Made by a program: the position numbers and the translations under genes. Shown in pieces: positions 27,629-35,411 of a stretch of 39,404 nucleotides of DNA (positions are counted from its first letter, which is position 1; each line of letters starts with the position of its first letter). The notes beneath the pieces are model-generated. The model searched no databases, had not been told where the DNA came from, and saw nothing but the letters and a program-made list of their open reading frames with translations. The stretch covers positions 1 through 39,404 of the forward strand of contig JAGGZZ010000081.1 in NCBI GenBank assembly GCA_021161765.1, given 5' to 3'. This stretch comes from Candidatus Methanophagales archaeon. Lineage in GTDB: Archaea; Halobacteriota; Syntropharchaeia; Alkanophagales; Methanospirareceae.

Positions 27629-28555
27629 ATGTTGCGAATAACGTTTTTAGGAACCGGTGGCTCGACACCAACGCCGAACAGGAATCCTTCTGCAATAGCG
27701 GTAAATCGCGAAGGGGAACTAATGCTGTTTGATTGTGGAGAAGGCACGCAGCGGCAGATGATGCGTGCAAAGACCGGAATGACGCTAAACTCCATTTTCG
27801 TCACGCATTTCCATGCTGACCATGTGCTCGGTATTCCAGGCCTGTTACAAACGATGGCGTTGCAGGGTAGGAAAGAGCCGCTGGAGATATACGGTCCAAG
27901 ACACGTGGATAAATTCCTGTACCATCTTCTGGCTTTGGGGTATGGAGGAAGGAGTTTTGAAGTAAAAGCGATAGAACTGAAACCAGGGGACGTGGTAAAA
28001 AGACCGAAGTATGAGATAAGAGCGATAAAAACGGTGCACAATATAGTAAGTATAGGATACGTGTTGGAAGAGGCAATGCGACCAGGGAGATTTAATCGGG
28101 AACGAGCAATAGAGCTTGGCATCAAACCCGGTCCTTTATTTTCCAAACTTCAATCAGGGCATTCCATTCTGGTAGATGGGAAAGAAATACGACCGGAGCA
28201 GGTTTTAGGACCGCCGCGACCGGGCAGGAAAATTGTATATACCGGCGATACAAGACCCTGCGAAAGCGTGATAGAAGCAAGCAGGGATGCAGACTTATTA
28301 ATACATGAGGGCACTTTATCGGAGGAAACGCAACGGTATGCGATTGAGTACATGCATTCGACTGCTGCGGAAGCTGCGGAAGTGGCGAAGAAAGCGAGCG
28401 TAAGAAAACTTATCCTGACGCACCTAAGCGCGAGGTATTCGGATTTAGGCGGTACGAGCAAGCTGGAAGAAGAAGCACGGCGTGTGTTTGAGAACACCGA
28501 AGTTGCAAGAGAGTTAATGACGATAGAAATTCCTTATAGAGTTGAGGGGGAGTGA
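27629..28555 (+). CDS. rnz: Ribonuclease Z (tRNA 3' processing)
   Basis: ITFLGTGGSTP, FDCGEGTQRQ, THFHADH, GPxFxxL exosite, YTGDTRP, IHEGT, HST, LTHLSARY. Start at ATG 27629. Confidence 0.96.
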   Translation: MLRITFLGTGGSTPTPNRNPSAIAVNREGELMLFDCGEGTQRQMMRAKTGMTLNSIFVTHFHADHVLGIPGLLQTMALQGRKEPLEIYGPRHVDKFLYHLLALGYGGRSFEVKAIELKPGDVVKRPKYEIRAIKTVHNIVSIGYVLEEAMRPGRFNRERAIELGIKPGPLFSKLQSGHSILVDGKEIRPEQVLGPPRPGRKIVYTGDTRPCESVIEASRDADLLIHEGTLSEETQRYAIEYMHSTAAEAAEVAKKASVRKLILTHLSARYSDLGGTSKLEEEARRVFENTEVARELMTIEIPYRVEGE

Positions 28556-28868
28556 GGAGAGTAAGCCCCCTTCTGTTTCGGCAGCATTTATCTGCGCGCC
28601 TTCTTGATTTGAGGCTTGCACCCACGAGGTTGGTCGTTCCATCCGTTGCCATACGACCTCATCCTTGCGGAATCATTGCATTGGTATGGCACGGTATCGT
28701 TTCTATACCATAGCCAAGACTCTCGCCTTATGCCCTCACGGCATTCGTGTTTTCGCGGTGGAGGGACTTTCCTCAGCCAGCCCTTCGACAAAAGGTTGAC
28801 CAGTACATATTTTCCGTCAACGCTTTTTTTTTAAAGGGTTGTCCGGCAGCTGCCCTTCCTCTCTCCCC
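28547..28868 (-). ncRNA. rnpB: Archaeal RNase P RNA
   Basis: Reverse strand has GAGGAAAGTCC, AGAAA, GGAAC, GGTGCAAG and AAACAGAAGGGGGCTTAC conserved regions; P1 GGGGAGAGAGGA/TCCTCACTCCCC; P2 GGCAGC/GCTGCC. Confidence 0.95.
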
Positions 28869-28888
28869 TATATCTATATTGTTCTATT

Positions 28889-28905
28889 CCTATATATTTT
28901 TTCTG
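28889..28905 (-). promoter_or_regulatory. Putative rnpB BRE-TATA promoter
   Basis: Reverse strand GAAAAAATATATAGG, centred about 26 nt upstream of the P1 5' end. Confidence 0.55.
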
Positions 28906-28914
28906 TTCCGTTAA

Positions 28915-30045
28915 TCAGCGAATAATGGGTATCATATCTCCAATTCCACCTCTACGACCGGCACTTGCACCCACATTCTTTACCTTCAGGTTTGTAGTAC
29001 CCTCTTTTCGGTCTTCATATCTTCCACCGAATACCCATGTTGGCTCTACACCGGTAATTATCGCCGTCACCCTTGCTTTTCCCGCGTAATCGTTATCTAT
29101 TCTCGCTCCCCATATCACGTTTGCATCAGGATTCAAGTCGTAGGTGAGCAACTCCACGATGTCGTTTGTCTCGATCATTGTAAGGTCCGAGCCGCCGGTG
29201 ATGTGTATAAGAGCACCTCTTGCACCTCGATAGTCCGCTTCGAGCAGCGGATGGCTGAGCGCATCCGACACCACCGCTTCGGGTTTGTTCTCCGCTTTTG
29301 TTGTCTCGCCGACGAGCATCACCGCGACACCGCCTTCTGCCATTACTGCCTTGAGGTCGGCAAAGTCGAGATTAACCAGGGAAGGTTGTGTTACCGTCCC
29401 CGCTATGCCCTGTATTGTACTTGCAATCAACATGTCCATTGTTTTAAAAGCGTCATTCACCGAGAGGTTCCCCGCGTATTTTAGTAATTTGTCGTTCTCC
29501 AACACGATAACCGTATCTGTTGTTTCTCGCAATGCCTCTATCCCCTCTGCTGCCCTGTCTCTCCTTTTCCGTTCCACACCAAATGGGAACGAGACCATAG
29601 CAACGACAATCGCGCCCGCTTCCTTTGCTATCTCTGCAACAACGGGTGAAGCCCCTGTGCCTGTTCCTCCGCCCATTCCCGCAGTGAGGAACACAAAGTT
29701 CTTATCTGCCAGCAACACTTCTAATTCATTTCTGTCTATTTCCGCTGCTTTCCTCGCTACTTCTGGTGACCCTCCGGCTCCTAATCCCCGGGTAAGTGAC
29801 CGCCCTATCAATACCTTCTTTTCGCAACTTATCGAATCCAGGTGCAGCTTGTCGGTATTTATAGCTATTCTATCTACGCCACCCAGTCCCCCTAAGCTCT
29901 CTAACCTGTTCATAGAGTTGTTACCTGCTCCGCCCACACCAACGATTGCTATCTTCGGCACACCAAACCAATCTTCCTCTGCTTCTTCATTCACACCTAT
30001 TTCCTCTGGGCTATGCCCAAATATTGTATCCATCTTGTCTTCCAT
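28915..30045 (-). CDS. ftsZ: Cell division protein FtsZ (archaeal FtsZ2-type)
   Basis: VGVGGAGNN, INTD, GLGAGG, GMGGGTGTG, NLDFAD (T7), GGVAVMLVGET, HPLL.ADYRGA, VIWGARI; the pattern matches archaeal FtsZ2. Confidence 0.96.
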   Translation of the reverse strand: MEDKMDTIFGHSPEEIGVNEEAEEDWFGVPKIAIVGVGGAGNNSMNRLESLGGLGGVDRIAINTDKLHLDSISCEKKVLIGRSLTRGLGAGGSPEVARKAAEIDRNELEVLLADKNFVFLTAGMGGGTGTGASPVVAEIAKEAGAIVVAMVSFPFGVERKRRDRAAEGIEALRETTDTVIVLENDKLLKYAGNLSVNDAFKTMDMLIASTIQGIAGTVTQPSLVNLDFADLKAVMAEGGVAVMLVGETTKAENKPEAVVSDALSHPLLEADYRGARGALIHITGGSDLTMIETNDIVELLTYDLNPDANVIWGARIDNDYAGKARVTAIITGVEPTWVFGGRYEDRKEGTTNLKVKNVGASAGRRGGIGDMIPIIR

Positions 30046-30227
30046 CCCCTTTTTTTTACCTCATTTACGTACAATTTTTCTTGGTAATTGTTTCCTTAAG
30101 AAGGAAGGGTTATATAAAGCTTCCGGTTAAATACGGTATATAAATAGTTTTCAGAATAACTTTTTAGAAAGATAGAAGAGAATAGTAATAGAAATAGAAA
30201 TTTGCCGTCCTTGGAGAGAGGGGGAAA

Positions 30228-31130
30228 GTGAAAATGGTGGATAAATTCAATGAAAATGCGAATGTATTAGCCGCTGAATATTGGAGATTAGAAAAAATAA
30301 CTGCTGATAAAGCGAGTGATGACAGGTTAGACGAGATAGAAGAGCTATTGGAAAAGGGGATAGGGGGAAAGCTAAGGGAGAAGCTGGATGCCGAAGCGAA
30401 GCAGCTGAGAAAGGAGAAGGAAGACAGAAGCAGTGCCGTTTTGAAGGTAGAAGAGGTTAAAAAGGAGCTATTAGAGCTAACTGCGGATTTTGCTCCTAAT
30501 CTTGACTCCTTTGATGGGACTTGCTTTCCCTACGATAGCGAGCATGAGCCGATTTCTGAAGCTTATTTCTCCGCTCTTACTAACAGCTTTCTTGGCAAAC
30601 CACAGCCAAGTATTCAATTTAAAGAGGCCACTTTTTCTACGGCTGGCATAGAAATTCACTCTGAGGAGAATTCGCCTTTGAAGGTTCTGGGGTATATAAT
30701 AATGATAATACAGGAGGCAGCGAAGCACATGCTCGGTATGGAAAACAAAATAGACAAGAGCTATATGCTGCTCAAACAGAATGGATACGCTCTTAGTGCA
30801 CTGGAAACGTTGATTAAAGAGGGGAGGAGACTGCGGATAAAGGAAATAAAAGATATTTCTCACCACGAAGACAAGGAATATAAAGAGCTTGTAAGTGATG
30901 ATACCTACGACAAAGAGCTTGTTAATGGCGTTGTATATTTAGTAAGCGGTGAGAGAGGGTATAACCTGGCGAAGGAATATGACGGTGAATACGAAGCGAC
31001 AGATTTTGGCGAATGGGTATGGCGAATTTGTAACAACGAGGTGAGCAAAGAGGAAGGGTTAGGGAAAAGAAAAAGTATTTCCGATTCAAGCTCGAATATT
31101 CATAAGATGCTGAAATTCTTTAAGAAGTGA
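30228..31130 (+). CDS. Hypothetical protein: N-terminal coiled-coil, possible C-terminal winged helix
   Basis: 300-aa ORF with GGGGG RBS; E/K-rich heptads; YEATDFGEWVW; ends IHKMLKFFKK. Confidence 0.8.
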   Translation: MKMVDKFNENANVLAAEYWRLEKITADKASDDRLDEIEELLEKGIGGKLREKLDAEAKQLRKEKEDRSSAVLKVEEVKKELLELTADFAPNLDSFDGTCFPYDSEHEPISEAYFSALTNSFLGKPQPSIQFKEATFSTAGIEIHSEENSPLKVLGYIIMIIQEAAKHMLGMENKIDKSYMLLKQNGYALSALETLIKEGRRLRIKEIKDISHHEDKEYKELVSDDTYDKELVNGVVYLVSGERGYNLAKEYDGEYEATDFGEWVWRICNNEVSKEEGLGKRKSISDSSSNIHKMLKFFKK

Positions 31131-31178
31131 AAAAACAAAAAAAACAAAAATTAAAAATAAAAGGTGAGGGGGGAAGAG

Positions 31179-31898
31179 ATGAGAGCGGAGCAGGAGAAGG
31201 AAAAAGTGGGGAGGGAAAAAGCTGTTGCCTACTTGCGGTCCCGGTTATTTCCGTGGAATTTTGTTTTTGAGCCGGTTGAAGAGGATGCGATAAAACATTT
31301 TGTCCGCTATGCAATCCAAATTTGTGAGGAGAAGGGGATAGAGAAGGGGACGATATCCGTCAGTAAAGATGACGTAAAAGAATTGATTACAAAGGAGGTA
31401 AAAGAGGCAGTGAACGAGTACCTATTTGACGTAGATGGAGGGGATATGACGAGGATACACGGTAAATTTGCCGTTAGCTATCCCTTTGCGTTCGCCCAAT
31501 GTTTGGTGCACACCATTTTATATCGGCTTGGACTCGAGCTGGAAGATGTAGTGGATGTAAAAGCGATAGGCGATTTATTAGGGCAGGATGTAGAAGAGAT
31601 AAGAAGGAGTGAGCCGTTTATCAGGAATTTAATATCCAAGCGCGGAAAAGGAGCGATGAAGATGTTTGGTAAATCTATTTTGGATAGAAAGATTATAACG
31701 GCAGGAGGGGAGTACATAGGGAACGTGGGGGATATTGTTTTTGAAATCGAAACGGGAAAGGTAGGGGGGTTAATAGTAAATCAGCAAAAACAAAAAGGCG
31801 CAGACAGGGATTTGGAAAAGGGCAGAATATCCATGCACGATGTGCGTTTAAATATGTACAGTAAAAATGTTGTTCTAAAATATTCAAGCTATAAATGA
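31179..31898 (+). CDS. Helical N-terminal domain fused to a PRC-barrel domain
   Basis: KSILDRKIITAGGEYIGNVGDIVFEIETGKVGGLIV...NVVL is a PRC-barrel signature. ATG 31179 follows GAGGGGGG. Confidence 0.85.
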   Translation: MRAEQEKEKVGREKAVAYLRSRLFPWNFVFEPVEEDAIKHFVRYAIQICEEKGIEKGTISVSKDDVKELITKEVKEAVNEYLFDVDGGDMTRIHGKFAVSYPFAFAQCLVHTILYRLGLELEDVVDVKAIGDLLGQDVEEIRRSEPFIRNLISKRGKGAMKMFGKSILDRKIITAGGEYIGNVGDIVFEIETGKVGGLIVNQQKQKGADRDLEKGRISMHDVRLNMYSKNVVLKYSSYK

Positions 31899-31990
31899 AT
31901 ATTTATTATAATTATATACGATAGGACACTGCAAAATAACATATAACATATAAAGTACAATAAATTAGAAAGGGGGAAAGGAGAAACAAA

Positions 31991-33142
31991 ATGCGGGTAT
32001 TTATGATAGGCTATGGACAAGCGGGAGGCAGAGTTGCAGACGCATTTTTGGAATTTGCAAAGCGAACGGGGCAGAATTTTGTGATTAATGCCGTGGCTAT
32101 TAATACAGCGAAATCCGATTTGATGGGGCTAAAGAACATCCCAATGGAAGACCGGGTGCTTATAGGCGAGGCATTGGCGAAAGGGCATGGAATAGGGGCA
32201 GATAACGAATTAGGGGCGAAGGTTGCCACTGATGAAATTTATACCATACAAACGGAGATAGATAAACGAGGGACACATCAGGTGGATGCGTTTCTGGTAA
32301 TTGCGGGCTTAGGAGGTGGAACAGGTTCGGGAGGTGCCCCCGTGCTGGCAAGAAGGCTGAAGAAATTATATGAAGAGCCGGTTTACGGGCTGGGGATATT
32401 ACCGGCGAAGGGTGAGGGAAGTTTATACTCTTTAAACGCTGCACGGAGTCTGATGACGTTCATGAATGAGGTTGACAATCTTTTCCTTTTCGATAATGAT
32501 GCGTGGAAGACAGGAGGAGAGACGGTAAAAGAGGCATATAGGGACATAAACGAGGAGATAGTGAGGAGATTCGGAATTTTGTTTGGTGCGGGGGAAGCGA
32601 ATGAAGTAGGGCAGATGGTGGTAGATGCTGCGGAGATAATGAACACGCTTAAAGGAGGCGGAATATCCACAATTGGCTATGCTGCGGAAGGCATAGAGCG
32701 AAAAGGAGGATTAAAGAAGCTTTTCAGGAAGAAGAGGACGATGGATACGCTGGATTCAGTTACAAGGATTACTTCTTTGACAAGGAGAGCAGTAGCAGGC
32801 AGATTAACGATTCCGTGTGAACCGTCAAGTGCGGAAAGGGCATTGATAATAGCAGCGGGACCACCGGAGGAGTTAAGCAGGAAGGGGATGGAGAAATCGA
32901 AGGAACGGATAGAGGAGATGATAAGAGGAACGGAAGTAAGAGGCGGTGATTTCCCGGTTGTAAAGAGTGAACATGTGGCGACAATTGTGCTCTTTTCCGG
33001 TGTATCTGATATACCAAGAATAAAAGAGCTACAGGAAATGGGAGCAGAAGCACAGGAGACATTAAAAGAGGTGACAAGTGAGAAGGAGCGAGAATATCAG
33101 GAATTAATGGATACAAACGGGAATATAAAGCCTTTGTTCTGA
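31991..33142 (+). CDS. cetZ: Tubulin-like cytoskeletal protein CetZ
   Basis: IGYGQAGGRV, AINTA..DL, GHGIGADNELG, GLGGGTGSGG, LFDNDAW, VVDAAEI.NTL, amphipathic GGLKKLF insertion. Confidence 0.93.
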   Translation: MRVFMIGYGQAGGRVADAFLEFAKRTGQNFVINAVAINTAKSDLMGLKNIPMEDRVLIGEALAKGHGIGADNELGAKVATDEIYTIQTEIDKRGTHQVDAFLVIAGLGGGTGSGGAPVLARRLKKLYEEPVYGLGILPAKGEGSLYSLNAARSLMTFMNEVDNLFLFDNDAWKTGGETVKEAYRDINEEIVRRFGILFGAGEANEVGQMVVDAAEIMNTLKGGGISTIGYAAEGIERKGGLKKLFRKKRTMDTLDSVTRITSLTRRAVAGRLTIPCEPSSAERALIIAAGPPEELSRKGMEKSKERIEEMIRGTEVRGGDFPVVKSEHVATIVLFSGVSDIPRIKELQEMGAEAQETLKEVTSEKEREYQELMDTNGNIKPLF

Positions 33143-33156
33143 GGTGAGATAGGAGG

Positions 33157-34008
33157 ATGAGAATAACGTTGACAAAGGAATTATTATTTTCATTAATATT
33201 GGCGTTTTTTTTGATGTCGCTATGCATGAGCGTAAGCGGGGTTGTTGCGAAAGAGCCAACTACCTTACAGAAATCCCCTTTCGTGACCGCGGAAATAAAG
33301 AATATAGATTATGACGAGGTATATGGAACTGGAATGGTAAAAAATGGCAGTGAAGTTTCCATAAAAGTTGTTTTAACTAATATTAGCAAAGAAATAGACA
33401 AATCAACACTTATTTTTTATTCAGAATTGGTAGGAGCAAAAGGGCTTATAATGGAGGAGGGACTCAAAAGCGGCAGTCCTTACACATTGGAACACAAGGA
33501 AGTGGAAGAAGAAGTTGTAGTAATTTGGTCGGGGACAGCACCGGAAGTGAGGAAGAGAACGCCATGCCTTTTGCTAAACATAACGCAGGAGACAACGGAG
33601 GAGAAATATTTGGTGGTAGATATAAAAAAGGATGTGACATCCGAGATAAGTGAGTCGGCTATAATCGCAATAGATGAAGCACGAGAAAAGTTAAACAGTG
33701 CGAATTGGACTATTGCTAACGCTACAGAAAAAGGAATTGACGTATCCGAAGCAGATACGACTTTTGAAACGGCCAGTTTGTATTTTAAAGATGCTAAAGA
33801 GGCCTATTGGGACGGGTGGCCAAAAGAGTCGATAGAAGCAGCAACAAACGCTTCTTATTATGCCGAGCTTGCGAAACAAAAAGCCGAATCGGCAGTTGGC
33901 GCTAAAAAGCATCTGAGTTATGGTGGTCTGGCTGTAGTGGCGATTATCGCAATAGTGGTAATTGTATTTTTAAATAGAGCAAGGCGAAGAAAACGAGGCG
34001 TATATTGA
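33157..34008 (+). CDS. Secreted protein with C-terminal membrane anchor
   Basis: Signal peptide, beta-rich domain, helical bundle (AREKLNSA..A..YF.DAKEAY), TM helix and RARRRKRGVY tail; GAGGTGA/GGAGG RBS overlapping the cetZ end. Confidence 0.85.
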   Translation: MRITLTKELLFSLILAFFLMSLCMSVSGVVAKEPTTLQKSPFVTAEIKNIDYDEVYGTGMVKNGSEVSIKVVLTNISKEIDKSTLIFYSELVGAKGLIMEEGLKSGSPYTLEHKEVEEEVVVIWSGTAPEVRKRTPCLLLNITQETTEEKYLVVDIKKDVTSEISESAIIAIDEAREKLNSANWTIANATEKGIDVSEADTTFETASLYFKDAKEAYWDGWPKESIEAATNASYYAELAKQKAESAVGAKKHLSYGGLAVVAIIAIVVIVFLNRARRRKRGVY

Positions 34009-34023
34009 GAAACTCCAATAATG

Positions 34024-34180
34024 AACCACGAGATTCCACAGATTAACACAGATGATAAAAATCAACATGGTTAAACTATAAAAGAAAAGGCAAAAAAGTT
34101 TTCTTTGGGATCTCGTGAAATAAACCCTTTCAGGGTTTTCGGGGACGTGGGCAGAGCCCACGATGTGTAATCTGGTGGTT
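34024..34180 (+). repeat. Palindromic 10-bp-unit element, copy 8, with two internal hairpins
   Basis: AACCACGAGATTCCACAGATTAACACAGATGATAAAAATCAACATGGTTAAACT ... AATCTGGTGGTT; internal AAACCCT-TTC-AGGGTTT and CGTGGGC-AGA-GCCCACG. Confidence 0.8.
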
Positions 34181-34187
34181 AATTCAT

Positions 34188-35312
34188 TCATGCTTTCAAA
34201 ATGCTCTTTATCTCTTCCATTCTCGCGTTCGTCTTAAATGCGGTATCTGAAAAATGCGTTCTGCTCGCGGAGAACCCACTTGACTGTAAAGCATTAATTA
34301 ACGACGAAATGGAAGAAGGAGGAACTTTTAACGCCTTGCATATCGCGTGATGCTCATAAAAAAAAGGTATATCCAACTCATTTATAGATGTCTCAACGAT
34401 TTTCATTGCTTCTTTCTTTTTACCCAGTGTTCTTTTCCCCAGTTCGTTATGCACCCGTTCGCAAAAACCTTTCTGTTTTATTGTATTTATGTATAAAGGA
34501 CCGGCAATATGTATTTTCGCACCACATACCTCGCATTTCTTCTCTACTTTCAGTTCCATCAGGTCGGAGCACGAAAACGCGAACCGGTTGCCGCAGGAGA
34601 AGCAATGCGCGATAAACCCAAGCCGTTTCATACAGTCATCGGCTTTTTTCGCCCCTTTTTCCACCCGTGCTATGAGCCTTACGAAATGCGCCTTGGAATA
34701 AGATAGCAGCGGCTGTATCGCCTTGTCATACTTGCACAGGTCTCTCGTTACTTTACCCAAGAGAATACGAGTTGCCATCTCCTTATGATATTCGGTGTTA
34801 AGAGGCTTCGCATCATATTTCCTCAAGCCACCAGAATGAGCTCCGCATAAGGGTGCGGTATCTGTCGCAGTAATGAGCAATAGCTTCTTCGCCGATTTAC
34901 ATGCGGCATCCAGAAATGGAACTGGCGTGCCAAAGGGGTCTAAGTCCACCAGGTCATACTTATTCTGAAGTAGAAGCACATTTGCATTCTCGTTATACGC
35001 CTTCGCTCTTTCTTCAACGGCATTCCGCTTTATGTTTCGGTTTATGACTTCGTAAGCGGAGCTGCTTCGGTCGTTAATAACCACGCGTAAGCCAACTTCT
35101 TTTGCCACTCTAACGCCTCTCACGCCCGTAGCTGCAAGCGCATCTATGTATGTCAGAGGTATCTTTTGTGAAGGCAGAGAGGAAACAAAAGCAGCTATTC
35201 CCGCTATGTCTATGTCCCTGCACAATTCCATCAGCGGGTTATAAAAAATTGACTTTGTAGTTTGTGTCGGTATTAATATCCTCGTGGTTCCCTCTTTTAC
35301 CTCTGAAAACAT
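34188..35312 (-). CDS. trm1: tRNA (guanine-26)-N2,N2-dimethyltransferase
   Basis: FYNPLMELCRD, DALAATGVRGVR, VDLDPFGTPVPF, ITATDTAPLCG, CFSC..CEVC, SRTHF...FKT. Confidence 0.96.
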   Translation of the reverse strand: MFSEVKEGTTRILIPTQTTKSIFYNPLMELCRDIDIAGIAAFVSSLPSQKIPLTYIDALAATGVRGVRVAKEVGLRVVINDRSSSAYEVINRNIKRNAVEERAKAYNENANVLLLQNKYDLVDLDPFGTPVPFLDAACKSAKKLLLITATDTAPLCGAHSGGLRKYDAKPLNTEYHKEMATRILLGKVTRDLCKYDKAIQPLLSYSKAHFVRLIARVEKGAKKADDCMKRLGFIAHCFSCGNRFAFSCSDLMELKVEKKCEVCGAKIHIAGPLYINTIKQKGFCERVHNELGKRTLGKKKEAMKIVETSINELDIPFFYEHHAICKALKVPPSSISSLINALQSSGFSASRTHFSDTAFKTNARMEEIKSILKA

Positions 35313-35411
35313 TTGTTTTACATTATCTTTTAAAGCACCAAAATTATATGATTTCGTAACGTAAGCGTTAACGTTAATGCAGAGAAGGAGTGGAGATAAG
35401 GGACAGACACA

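Noticed and set aside
28410..28834. Short ORFs 28410-28652, 28588-28791 and 28616-28834
   Set aside because: They overlap the RNase P RNA gene and have no protein motifs.
29285..30130. 281-aa plus-strand ORF
   Set aside because: Antisense shadow of ftsZ with no independent motifs.
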